From Lama glama (taxonomy: Eukaryota), in contig CM052816.1 in the NCBI GenBank assembly GCA_028534125.1, forward strand, positions 21,516,001 to 21,580,000: a DNA stretch of 64,000 nt, given 5' to 3'. Both the position numbers and the translations under genes were made by a program. Under the pieces are notes generated by a model that saw only the letters and a program-made list of their open reading frames with translations, did no database searches and was not told the origin of the DNA. The first letter of the stretch is position 1. Each line of letters opens with the position of its first letter. This document shows positions 13,680 through 25,946 of the stretch, in pieces.

Positions 13680-14425
13680 ATGAGTATTTCTTTTTCATGT
13701 ATATGTTTTCCACTGAAATTGCCTTTTCTATAAAACTGCTTGCTCATGACCTTTGCTAGCTTTCCTAGAGTTCTCAGTTTGTCTTTTTTCCACTCGTTGC
13801 TAAGAGCTTCTTGTGTATTAAGTTTATTAACCCTATGTCTATAGTGTGTGTTGCAAATATCGTTCCCCTGGTTTGTCAACCTTTGCCCTAATTGACTGTT
13901 TCATTTTTGTTGCACCAACAATTTCTAAAATTGCATAATCAGATATATTAATCTTTTCCTTTATGGCTCTTTACTTTTTATATCATGCTCAGAATGGCCT
14001 TCTTTAAGGATATGAAAATGTTTATGTTTTCTTCTGGTACATTTATGATTTTACAAGTTTAGGTCTTAATTTTTAATCTTTCTGGAATTTATCTTGATAT
14101 ATTTTGAAGTAGGATTCAAGATTTTATTTAGCCAAAATAATTAGCTGAATTTTCTATCATCCTGTACTGAGTAATCTAACTTTTCTCCACTGACTTTGAA
14201 TTGCTACTTTTCATCATACACTGAATTCTCATATTTTCTTTGGTTTAATTCTGAACTCTATTCTATTGCAGTGATTTATTTTCCTATAACATTATCACAT
14301 TGATTAATATGCTTTATTTACTGTTAGAGCTCCTCTCCCCTTATTACTCTTCCTTTTCAGAACCTTCCTAGCTATTCTTGCATGTTTATTCTTTCTGAGG
14401 AATTCTGGTATCATTTTTTAAGTTT
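13680..14425 (-). mobile_element. Old L1 remnant in intron 9
   Basis: Diverged antisense L1 ORF2-end sequence. Confidence 0.6.
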
Positions 14426-14432
14426 CACTTAC

Positions 14433-14567
14433 CCTTTCACTTTCTGCATCTGCTCAAGGTCTCTGGTAGAGTCATTCCAAAACTTTCAGGGAAAAAAAGG
14501 GTGATGATTCCAATCAGGACAGTCAGGCTTCCCATGAGGATGTAGGGCAGAACTCTGTTGTAAGCAC
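14433..14567 (-). pseudogene. SLC22A4: SLC22A4 exon 9 with a 1-bp deletion
   Basis: Acceptor TACAG|GTGCT; reads [36 protein letters not shown], then TT- GAG CAG ATG CAG AAA GTG AAA; donor AGG|GTAAGT. 135 bp instead of 136. Confidence 0.93.
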
Positions 14568-15575
14568 CTGTAAGGCATGGGACAAAATCAATTAGATACA
14601 GGAATTATTCAGATGCTCTTGAGAATCATTTTATAAAGGTGGCAAACAGTATTTAAGAGCAGTTTTAAATCTGAATATTTACAGAAGAAAAAAAGCACGG
14701 AAAATGTCAGTTTCTGTTTGGCAAATGTCATTGCCCCCGCATTTCCATAATCACTCACCTACCTGGTTTTTGCATTATCATGCAGTCGTTCATGTCAGCT
14801 GGTATTCTCTAAGCTTCTACTTAATTATGCGTGATAGATGTTCAGCTGATAGAAATTTCTGCCTACCAAAGTTGTCCTCTTGGACATTGAAGGTCATTGG
14901 AGATGGGAGATGGGAGGACACCAAGGGGCAAGAGGTTGACTAGGATGTTGCAGGGACAGGTAGTGGCTGTTATGACTGGTTGGACATTTGCTTTTGACCA
15001 AATCAGTAGGCTAGGTCCACAGAGCTGTGAGACTCTTTTAAAAAACCTAAGTAATATTTTTAATCCAGTTTAAATCAAAAAATTTCAGGCACTGTGGTTT
15101 CTGTTTGCAGCATTTGTATATCTTGGTTTTATATGAAATTGGAAGAACACTCCACCTCTCCTTTATCTGGCGTTACTTAGACAGGAAATAATAGATCCTT
15201 ATCTTGCTCCCCTTCTGCCTACAGAGATTACACAGTAACAACACACCCAAGAATTTTATTTGACAAAAATGTTCATCTTGAAGCTTCTCTGAGGTCTCTG
15301 TGTCATGAACAGGAGTAGCTGTTGTGGAACAGAAAGGTTTTGCTCAGACTCCTCCATTTCTTCTGTACCAGTGGTCCACCATTAGGCCACATGACCATGC
15401 TTTGAAAGTACAGGGAAGAACAAAGGGGAAATGACACCAAAATATATAATAAAGGACTTTCTCAGGTATTGTTCAGGGCAGCTGTGTGGAATATGTTTAA
15501 AATAGGAAAATGCTTCTCTTTCTCTGTAAGGATTTAGAGTGTACTTTTTCTGAGAATTCGTGTATGTCTCTGAGG

Positions 15576-15577
<2 letters not shown>

Positions 15578-15606
<29 letters not shown>
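15578..15606. repeat. (TG)n microsatellite
   Basis: About 14 TG units. Confidence 0.95.
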
Positions 15607-15610
<4 letters not shown>

Positions 15611-15759
15611 AACCAGCAGGTAACCTATGGACGACTAGGAAGAATAAGGAGCTGTGTCTACATCTCTCACCAGTAGCGTTCCTGATGGGGATTAGGCTTG
15701 ACGTGCCAGAGCCTACATCCAGTGAACAACCTACTAAAGCCATTCTGTAGTGTTATTCC

Positions 15760-16690
15760 AGATGGATAAATTTGATTATATAAAAACTAAAATTTCCTGC
15801 ACTGCAAAAAATGTCATAAAGTCAAAATGTAGATGATAAACTAGGAAAAATATTTACAATATATATACAAAGGGCTAATATTTTTCAATTACAAAGAGCT
15901 CCCACAAATCAAAAATAAAAAGTTGAATAAACCATTAGAAAGATGAGCAAAAGACATGAACAGTCAGATCTCTTAAAAATAAATAGAATGTCAATAAATA
16001 CATGAAAAATCTCTCAGTCTCATTCATAACTGAAGAAAAGGAAATGAAAGCAACAATGATACCATTTTTCACATAGCAGATTATCAATGATTAAACAACT
16101 GGATAATCCTCAATGTTGCTGAGGATGTGGAGAAACAGGCACTTTTATATATTTTATAGTTAGATTGTGAATTGGTACAATATCTAGAGGTCAATTTTGC
16201 AATATCTATGAAATTTTTAAATTGCTCCAGCAATTCATGGATCCAAATGTACAAAGGGTATGAGGGCATAGGGAATTGTTTATTGCAGTGTTATCTGTAA
16301 TAACAAACCTGAAAATGGCCAACTGTCTATTCATGGGCCTACTTAAATAAATTATTTATATACATACATACATTTAAAGTCTATGTACTAACTAAAAAAA
16401 AAGGTAAAAGGGCTATATATACCAATATGGAAAGACATCCTGATACACTGTTAATTTTTTAAAAAAATTGTGAAAGAATATTTATAATATAATTTTTTGT
16501 GTGTTTAAAAACATACATATACATATATATATGGAGGAAAAAAACATCTGAAGGGCCACTCACCAAATCGTTAATATTAGTTTCTTCTAGAGCTGTGATT
16601 TGGGGAACTGAGAGAAAAGAGGTAACTTGTACTTTTTCCAGTACTTTCTATGCTGTTTGTATTTTTCACAAGGGAAATCTATTACTTTTA
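15760..16690 (+). mobile_element. Old L1 (L1ME-like) 3' region in intron 8
   Basis: A-rich sense L1 sequence (aatgttgctgaggatgtggagaaacaggcac). Confidence 0.7.
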
Positions 16691-16729
16691 TATTTTTAAA
16701 AAAGAACAGACTGATAAGATGCATCTCAC

Positions 16730-16912
16730 AAAGGTAAACAAAGTAGGGAGCAATGATGCTGCCCACTCTGGAGGCCATGGACGTGATCCCCACAGCCTTG
16801 TTCCTGACCAGGGTTGGGTAGAGCTCTGCAGTGAAGACATACAGCATGGAGAAGGCAGAGGTGATCCCGAATTTTCCTAACATGGCCAGACCAATGGACA
16901 AGAAGTTGTAAT
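16730..16912 (-). CDS. SLC22A4: SLC22A4 exon 8 (frame open, last base T)
   Basis: Acceptor GCCAG|ATTAC; reads (D)[60 protein letters not shown]; donor TTT|GTGAGA; 183 bp. Confidence 0.94.
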
Positions 16913-17750
16913 CTGGCAAAAAGAGACCCAGTGTAAACAGAGATGCTTTTAGAAGCATTATTTTCCTAATTCAGTTGCTGATATTGTCCTTTTTGCTAAT
17001 ACAGGAATGTTTTATAACGTAAAAGTGTTCCCCCAAATTACGCTTTATCTTCAATGTCTTACTAATTGGACATGGACAAAGACAGAGTGTGAGGGGTTGC
17101 TTTGAGCTTTGTTCTTCTGAATCATTTATGCATTCAATGACCTTTGTCCACTTTTATTTACTACAACAGTTTCATAGTAAGCTGTTAGCATGTTAATATA
17201 GTTAAGTTTAATATTTGAAGAGAAGGACCAATCCTTTTTATCTTGTTTATTGTTATTAAGAAATATATATTTCTATGCATAATACTATATATCAATAATC
17301 AGTTGACAACATTTTAACAACATGAAAAAATTAGACATAGGGAAAATGAGAAGCATGTATCTTTTCATGTGGTTTCTAACTACTTAAAGATTACAGACCA
17401 AATTTATACTGGAATTGACATGTACTACCAACTCAGAGAGAAGGTCTGAAGGTACCAAGAAATTGGGAATCAGGACTGTGACTCAATGAGAGAGGTTTCT
17501 ACAAGGACAATTACCGGGAGCATTACTCTTCCTCTTCAGGTGGTAATTTCTGATTCTCCGAGGCTAACTTTTATGTTTGAGGGGAGTAATTTGAACACAG
17601 GAAATCACAGAGTTTACTATCACTTGTTTAACTGACTGATGAGTTGTTTATGATGTAAAGGCTACATAAACAGGGAGCAGTGACTAATAATTAGCCCAGT
17701 GAAGGTGTGGATTTTTTCTGGTAAGCTGTTAATATTGGATAATTTCTTAC

Positions 17751-17965
17751 CTGCAGGTACCAATTGAATTAAGAGAAGCACACCTCCTGCAAAAAGCAGT
17801 ACTCCAGCTATGACATAACACCTGGACAGGGTTTGAAGTAGCAGCCAGGCTGTAACGTAAGCTGGAACTTCAATCAAGGCAGAGAAGAAACAGTTCAGGT
17901 AGGCATCGCCATGTAAATTAGGAGTGTTGAGAGACAGAGCAAAGTAACCCACCGAGGTTAGCATC
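17751..17965 (-). CDS. SLC22A4: SLC22A4 exon 7 (frame open)
   Basis: Acceptor TTCAG|GATG; reads [71 protein letters not shown]; donor CAG|GTAAGA; 215 bp. Confidence 0.95.
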
Positions 17966-18059
17966 CTGAAAGTCAAGAGAAAAAAGACAAAAATGACAAA
18001 AGAATGACTTGAATTACTTCACAGTTTCATGATGATCAAGAAATTGTCTAGATCCTCCT

Positions 18060-18262
18060 GCCTTACAAGCAGACACTAGCCACAAATAGCTATTTAAAAG
18101 TAAATAAATTAAAATTAAATAAAATTGTAAGTTCCATTCCTCAGTGTGGCACTAGCCATACTTCAATTGCTTAGTAGCCACATGTGGCTAATAGTTACTA
18201 TGACGGACAATACAGATATAGAACATTTTCATCAATGCAGAAAGTTTTATTGGACAGCTCTA
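18060..18262 (-). mobile_element. MER3-like hAT-Charlie element
   Basis: tagccacatgtggcta palindrome; terminus cagaaagttttattggacagc. Confidence 0.8.
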
Positions 18263-18422
18263 GTCTAGATATGCCAATGTTCAACAATACCTCTCCTAGT
18301 CTAGTTAATTTCAAGTTTCAATATTTCCTGAAGAGTGTACATTCTCATTCCTGCAGAGCTATTATTTGAAGAAGGAGTGTTGGTCACATCAGTGAACATA
18401 AAACCTGTATTTCATTCTTACC

Positions 18423-18487
18423 AAGAAGAAGAAGGAGAAGGGGAAGAAGGAGGAGGAAGAGAAGGAAGAGAAGGAGAAGCAGCAGCA
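18423..18487. repeat. Purine-rich (GAA/GGA)n low-complexity tract
   Basis: aagaagaagaaggagaagggg...gaaggagaagcagcagc. Confidence 0.85.
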
Positions 18488-19631
18488 TAGGTAATACTGT
18501 GGGATCCACTTACAGTAAATTCCAACTGATTTAGTAAAACTCATTTTAGGGAAAAAAGAGAAAGCCCCATATTGCTTCAAAGTATCACAGAGTGCATATT
18601 TCCATATCCTGTCTTTATAGTTAACTTCCATGTAAAAGCTTCTCTGTGGAAGAAAAACCATACTATGCAGAAATTTGCTTATTATTAACATGACTGAAAA
18701 GCAGAGGGCTTCTGAAAAATGTTTTCAGGAACACTGTTGGATCTTTTTATACATACTCTACTAGGTTGGATAGCACAAGAGCTAATCTAAAACAATTTTT
18801 AAAAACTGAAGCTTTAATTGCTCTAGGTGATTTTCACATTAGGTAATGAGAGTAGCCTAGATAAAACTAGTGACTAGTTTATTACTGGCTCAGTAGTGCC
18901 ACTACTTGAGATACATTTCCATCAATGATATATGCTGACATGTAAGAACTAAGGAGGTCTATTTTGAGGAAAGCCATATGCCTAGGACACACTTGCTTAA
19001 TTCAGAGGCATAAACTCTGTCATTGACTTCTTCTAATTGCAGAACAGGATGGCCCTAAAAATAGACAAGCTGCAGTCTGGACCTACTCTTTTTAGTGCTG
19101 CCATCATGGGGTAGGCATGTTCTTTTTTCCTTCTTCCTCATTTCTTGGCAGATACATTATTAAATCTAGTCTACAAAGTCAATTCAGTATTTCTATGCCT
19201 TAAAATCCACTTGGTAGATGGCTATTAGCAAGTATTAAAAGATTGTCAAAACTCCAATCCAGGCACTGGGGATTCAAGTTATTCCAGCCTTACTCATCAG
19301 TTGCCAGTACAGCTTCAGGAAACAGGAGCTGAATTAGCATCTTGGCTTCAGGCACCAGGGACCTCATAAATCTTAATCCCAGGAACCTTGGGAGGGATGG
19401 GGAACCCTTTCCCTGTGGGTCACAGTATTGCAGACTTAAATACTGTCCCTTGTGACTTTTTTTTTTCAGTAACCAGTTCCATGAATTAAATTGAGGCCTT
19501 CCCAAATAACTTAGAATTTTAAAATTTTAGTTTCATCTCAGGAAGACCTAGGCCTTGCCCTGATCATCCCTTGAATTAAAGAAAATTAGCTGTATATTTA
19601 CATGTAAAATCAAAAAACTAAATCTATTTAA

Positions 19632-19855
19632 TCAAATGAATCTATATACAAAACAGAAACAGACTCACAGACATAGGAAACAAACTTAAGGTTACCAAAG
19701 GGGAAAGGGAGGGTAAGGGGAAAATTGGGAGTATGGGATTACTAGATACAAACTACTATACATAAATATGCAGCAAGGATTTACTGTATAGCACAGGGAA
19801 CTATACACCTGAAAGTAACAGACCATTATAAATCAACTATACTTCAATAAAAACA
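19632..19855 (+). mobile_element. Short young L1 3' end (artiodactyl type)
   Basis: caaatgaatctatatacaaaacagaaacagactcacagacatag...ctgtatagcacagggaactata...aatcaactatacttcaataaaaa. Confidence 0.85.
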
Positions 19856-20259
19856 ATTGGAACTAAAAAGTTACAAGGCTCTGAGGTGGGGAATCTCTCC
19901 AGGATAAAATCTCTCTGTGGCCCTATGATGTGTGTGCAGTAAGAGGTTGAGGAAGGAATTTCTACTAAGAAGGAAGTAAGACTGCCAGACCTCATTATAG
20001 CAGGTGCTCCCCAGATATTAGCATCCTTCTTTCCAGAAAAAATCAGACACCTCCTCATGCAGCTTACAGCCATATGACCTTTTGGCTTTTGTACCACTTG
20101 GAGTATACAGCTCTAGAGCACGCCCCCGAAGCATAACCCTGTTATCACAACAAAGCAAAGCTCCTATGAAACTACTGGGAACTAGCAGTCCTCCTGGAGA
20201 GCTCTGGGGGTGGTGCCAGGCACAGACAGGATCATGCTAACGCTTGATGCTTCCACAGG

Positions 20260-20388
20260 ACTTGTGAAAAATGCAGATTGCCAGGTCCCACCATGGGCCT
20301 GCTTCATCTGAATCTTTCCTGGAGCCCGGCCTGGGAATCTGGATGTTTAAAGGGATGACTGTGATAAGCATCCAGGTTTGGAAACCTG
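20260..20388. mobile_element. MER5-like DNA transposon fragment
   Basis: cttgtgaaaaatgcagattgccagg...ggcctgggaatctggatgtttaa. Confidence 0.6.
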
Positions 20389-22084
20389 AGAACAAGAACA
20401 TTCTTGTATCCACTGCTTGTTTGTCTCTGGCCTGTACAGAGCCACTAAAATGCCTTTGGACCAGGCTGAAGGTGCTTCAGAAGAGAAGCCAGAGAAGCTC
20501 AACATCTCCTTCCAAGCTGATACTACTCCATATTTTTTCCTGTTCAAATTAATGCCACTGCCCCTTACATGAGATAAGAAAACACAGCTTTTAAGAGCAC
20601 ACACTTTGGCACCAGAGAGACTTCGGAAAAGCACAAGCTCCCTTTCCCTCCACAGGCTCATCTAGTTGACACTCGATGTGCCTCGCGGCAGGAAGAAACC
20701 AGGCGTGCTGTCACAAGCGAATTTTCACACTGGCCTTTATTTTTACTTGTCTGTAACTATTTATCTCTTCTATATTTTATTCTTGCTTTCATCCATGTAG
20801 GTCTGATCTTTAATACTAGACTATAAGTTCCTCAGAACAAGAGTCAGACCACATATCCACTAAATATCAACAAACACCCAGGACAGCTCTGAGATGCACA
20901 AGTGTTAGACACTCCCAATGTTATTTTTGTATCTAGTCAAACTGACAAAGGCTGGGAATGGAATTCTTGATCTGAAGAGCAAAGCATTAAGATATATTTG
21001 CCCTGGCAGCCCTTTGAGAGCTTGGGTTCATGGCCACTGTAATTAATCCTCCGGTCATCACCAAGGTATCTGCTCCTGTCAAAGGCCACAAAGACCAGGG
21101 ATGGAGGAAGCCCTCAGGGTAAGGCACTGGCATGCCTGCCTCCCTTCACAGAGTCCTGCTTTCTGGGGTGGCCTGGAGCACAGATGTGAGCATGGGGAAA
21201 GCAAGCAGACTAAGAAGCATATGGTCTTGATGGGGTTTCCTGAGCAGCCCCCCACCCTTCTCCTAGCCAAGAGTGCCCTGCCCCACCCTCTCCATCCATC
21301 TGTGTGTCCTCCCTGGTTTGGACTCTTCAGCCCTGAGTCACTCTGCTCGCTTTCTCTGCTGGATCACAGTGTCCACTCACTGGGTACTTCCTCCCTCATG
21401 TCATCCTTTATCTTCCATCGAAACCTCTTGACACTCAGTTACATTCTCTGCTCCTTAAGCACAGAAACTATGTCTAATTTTTCTTGTTTTCTCTAGGAGT
21501 TGGCACGGGGCATGGCTGAGGACACTGTGAGTCCTCACTGACTGTCAGGAAGTGCATCTGCTTCCATAGGATACCAGCTGTTTTCTCGTGGCCTCCTGCC
21601 TGCAGGGGTGAATCCTCCAGCCTGAGCTCTCAGGCATCAACATGACACAGCAGGACTAAAGACATGGCACAACTTCCTCAGCAGGCTTTGGTAAGATTCA
21701 GGGGACAGTGGGGAACCCGTGGGTGGAATACCCCTCAAACACATTTTTCCCACTTAAACTGGACATTTGAAAAACAGCTGTATGTATCTGCATCAATGGT
21801 ATGGAGCAAGACCAACAAAAAGTTGAAGATAAGCTTGCAAAAGGGAAAGGAACTAGTATTTAATCAACACTTGTTCTTTGCTAAGCAGTTTACATATATT
21901 ATTGCACTTACTTGGCCCACGGCCCTTTGAGGTAGATTTTATCTCAGAACTTCATCATTATTGTGTCTCTAAGGCCTTGAACAATGCCTGGTACATAGTG
22001 GGCACCCAAAACATAGAGTCAAATTAAAGTCCATGATCAAGAATGCATAGATGATTTCAAGAGGAAACATCTACAAAGGCTTAC

Positions 22085-22210
22085 CTCCACAGGATCAAAA
22101 ACCATGACTGGGACAGCTACGTTGTTCACTTTTGCAGCTTTTTGGATGGTATCTTCAGCTTCTTTAAATCTTCTCTGGGATATCAGCCACCGGGGAGATC
22201 AGGAATAAAC
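22085..22210 (-). pseudogene. SLC22A4: SLC22A4 exon 5 with a 1-bp deletion in the PESPRWL motif
   Basis: Acceptor TTTAG|G TTT ATT CCT GA- TCT CCC CGG TGG CTG; continues [33 protein letters not shown] in the shifted frame; donor GAG|GTAAGC. 126 bp instead of 127. Confidence 0.93.
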
Positions 22211-23269
22211 CTAAAATTCACTTTTAATGGTTTATAATTTTTCACAGTAGCAAGGTTTGATGTTACTAATTGTAAGTTGCCCCCGAGTAATTTTTATTTT
22301 GTAAAATGCTAGTTTGTCTTTTTAAAGAACATCAGGAGGGAAGCCTCATGTGAGTTCCATTGATTGTAGGAACAAATAAAAGTACCTTCAAGTTTCAAAT
22401 TTTTGATCAAATCATAGAACCGATCATCAGTTGTGCTCGAAGCCTGGACCAGACTTTAAGGGGTAACACTAACTGTGGGCATGTTTAAGCCAGGGCAGCT
22501 GGAGTATGCCGTTCAAAACATTATAGCCAGTGTGGCTTAAGAGAAACACAGCCTAGGGTCTTTTCAGTGTGTCTATCCCTGGGAGCATCCCTGCTGCCCC
22601 AGCTGGTGATGCTCACAAGTTTATCGGGTAAGAGAGGGCATCTGTGTTCCTCAGGCTTTTCCGGCAGTCAGAGGAGGAGGTGAGCATACTGACATCCTCC
22701 TGCAGGCTGTCCCCAGGGCTTTCAACAGATTCCCAGCTCAGTGAGCACCCAGACCAGTTTTGGGGAGACAGATAATGTTGTCTTATTTTTTTTTAATGTC
22801 TAGAAACATAATTTTTTATTATACAATCTATCCACATTTTAAGTGATGCTCAAACACAGTTGACTTCTTTCCTAATTTTTCTATTTTTTCTATTTCTTTT
22901 CATCATGATTTATTTAATTTTCCTATTCTTTCCTCATTTTTATTTCTCAGAATTGCTTAGCCATCCTTCTGTCCGGTCTTGTTGCTCTTGCTTTCCTTAG
23001 CTATTTGTCAGTACTTAGTTATCCTAGAAAACAAGTTATATGTAGCAGATACCGAGACCTCCTGTAATTAATGGGCCCCTCCAAGGCCTCAGTAGGGATT
23101 ACCTCAGAGCAAAACACAACATACAGAATGGCCAACCCCCAGCTTCCATTCCCAGCCTACTACTAGCATATGAGTTGAAAAATGAATCCAGTTTGCATTT
23201 TTCAGATTGTACCCTTAGTTGGTCCCTGTAGCAACTGTAATGATGGGAGGTCACTGACCTTCAGTAGTT

Positions 23270-23450
23270 AGAGCTGTGCCATCCAAAAGAACTTTCTGTG
23301 GTGTTCTGTATCTGAGCTGTCCAATAGAGCAGCCACTACACGTGTGACTATTGAGCTGGTGTGACTAGTCAGACTGAAGAAACTAATTTTAATTTATTTA
23401 CTTTTAATTAAATGGCTGCCTGTGGCTAATGGTGACTGTATTAGTGCAGA
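23270..23450 (+). mobile_element. MER3-like element
   Basis: tccaaaagaactttctgtgg...gctgtccaatag...tgtggctaatggtgactgtatt. Confidence 0.7.
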
Positions 23451-24686
23451 ATTAGCAGTTTTACCCCACAACCACCGTATACTGCAATGGGCACTTCTGC
23501 TTCTGAGAGATATCTTTACCCAACCAGGTTGTTCTTAGAAATATCCTACCTTTCTTACTAGGGGCTCTCAGGGCCATCACTGGCCTCAGGTTCCTAATAC
23601 TTAGTCAGCTAGATATTGCAGAGCTTTTCCCATGTTGCACCTGTGGGCTCCTTCCCCACCCATTACGCACATACTCCATTCATACCTAGCCACTTATTGC
23701 CAAGCCTTTTAAGGGAATGTGGGACATAAAAAATCCCCAGACTACCTACAGTAGCTCTGTGTAGGTTCCTGCCCACTGTACTCAGGGTTGCTGCCATCTC
23801 TACTTTTGAACTGCCACGGTTTTTTGGTGCATGAAGAATCAAGTCTAGCTGATCATTTCAAGTTAGTGGAGGGCCAAATGAGGTTGTACACTCTAGCCTC
23901 TTCATAGATTTAATCCAGATTGAACAGGGGAAGGGTATTGCTGGAGAATTCACATCACATATCGAGTAGGCAGCAGGGATCACAGTAGTCCAAAGCACTT
24001 CCCACATCATCCCAGCCCACCCAGACGGATAAGCATTGCTTCAGAAAGTACCACCATCAAGGACAAGACATTCAAAAGAAAGCTATTTTGTTTTTATAGG
24101 AAAATGATAAGACAGTTGTTAAACTTTCAGGGCAAGCACCCAGCTTATTTGTCCTGGCCCCGGGCTGCCTTCTGTCTGGGGCAGTCCTGTCCCTGGTACA
24201 GAGTGCCCACAGCCAGGAGCACTCATGAACCAGCCCGTGGGCAACAGAAGGGAGAACACTCCTCAGGGCAAGAGTAAGGCAGCTCCTTGTGGGATGGACC
24301 TTCTTTGCTAGAAACTCAAGGGGCTGGCCTAGCAGAGCTGTTCCTTGCAGTGATGTTTGGTTCTGAGGCAAAGAACCAAGTCCCAGAAATTAAAACCCCT
24401 ATTAGTCTCTTATGGCCAATCAGGGCCCTTTTATTTTTGTACTCTCTCTCTCTCTCTCTGATAGAATCATACACTAATAAGGTTGATTATAACATTTTCA
24501 AAGTACTTATCTCTTATGCCAAAATGACAGCTAGAGCCAGGGAACACAGATTATTAAAAGCTTTCATCTGAAGAGGCAGAAAGTAACCTTTGAATAATAT
24601 TGTCTTATGTCTTGAGAGACCCTATGGTCACCAACATCTTTTACAATAAATTCAGTTAGCAAGGGGGTTGTGGAGAGATGGAGGGT

Positions 24687-24717
24687 GTGATGATGGTGAT
24701 GATGATGATGGTGATGA
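24687..24717. repeat. (GAT/GGT)n trinucleotide microsatellite
   Basis: tgatgatggtgatgatgatgatggtgatga. Confidence 0.85.
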
Positions 24718-25946
24718 CTCTCATTCCAGAAAACTTCCCTGCTCGCAGACTGGGTCAGGAACTCAAAATCGTATCTACCCCCTAACACACTACCTCTCAA
24801 ATTCTAGGGAAGTAAGAAAAAATTTCTCTCTCTCCCCCATGCACACCCATGCCAAGAATCTGCACTGGTTAAACCACAGCAGTCTTAGAGGCACCCAAAG
24901 GACAGTGGTTCGGAGTGGTCTAACTTGAGCCACGTGATCCAACAAGGCCAGGAAGTACTACCTGTCAGCCTCTACGGCTGCCTGACAGTTGCAGCAAGAT
25001 GAAGGCCCTGCTGGGAAATCTCCTAAGGCAGTGTGACCACACGACGGGGCAACCACGAGGGCTAATGAGTTCCAAAAAATGACCATTGTGTGTAAGCAGG
25101 TAGAGATGAAGCAGTTCAGCAAAAAACAGTCACTGCTGGGAGATTTGACTATGATATCATGAGACCAAACCAAGACTAATTAATAAGAGAGAGAGAGAGA
25201 GAGTGCCAGACCCACCAATGGAAAAATAATGCCCTTTCCTCTTGCTTAAATATGAAAAAAAACAAAAAAATGGGGAATTCCCCCAAAAAGAGGGTATGGC
25301 TAAGGACTTTATTCCATTATTCTTAATCTTTTCTCTCACTTGAAATTTCCCACTTAATCACACTGGGTGAAAATGGGGCCAGTATCTCAACACTTTGTTA
25401 TTCCTACACTGCTGTGTCAAAATTGGGCTGGAGGGTTGTAGGGGGAGAGAAGAAAACATTTCTCCAACAACTCTTTAAACAAAAGCAATTCTCTCCCCCT
25501 TCAAGACAAAGCAGATAAACAGGCACATCTTAGATGCTAATCATCACATGATAGGGATGCTTGAAGAAGCTACATTAGTTGAAACCATAAGGAGAAAGAG
25601 GTTTGCTAGAGAGAGAAAAGTGTCAAAAGAGCAGGGCGGGGGCAAAATTAAAAACAACCAAGCCCACAGTATCATCTCCACAAACAACAACCAGCAGTAA
25701 CAGACAAGAATGGGGAGAGCCTGAGTGGGAACTGGGTTTCCTGAGAACCGAGCTTTGTGGGCCGGTGGAGAATCACACCCCAGCATGCGGGCTCCCCCCA
25801 CCACAACGAGGCAAATGGTCTCTGGGCTTCGAGGTCGCAGCTCACTGCAGTGAGATCAGCAAACCCATGCTAGGATCAGCACCAGGCTCTCGGCTCCAGG
25901 CTGCTGGCCTGCAGCAGGGGGCTGTCTGGGATGGAGCCTCACTCAT

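Noticed and set aside
14500..14512. Residue equivalent to the human L503F variant reads Ile (GIITLFF)
   Set aside because: A conservative change in a probably dead gene; no inference possible.
24564..24928. Poly-His and Asp/Gly-rich ORFs
   Set aside because: Translation of a (GAT/GGT)n microsatellite.
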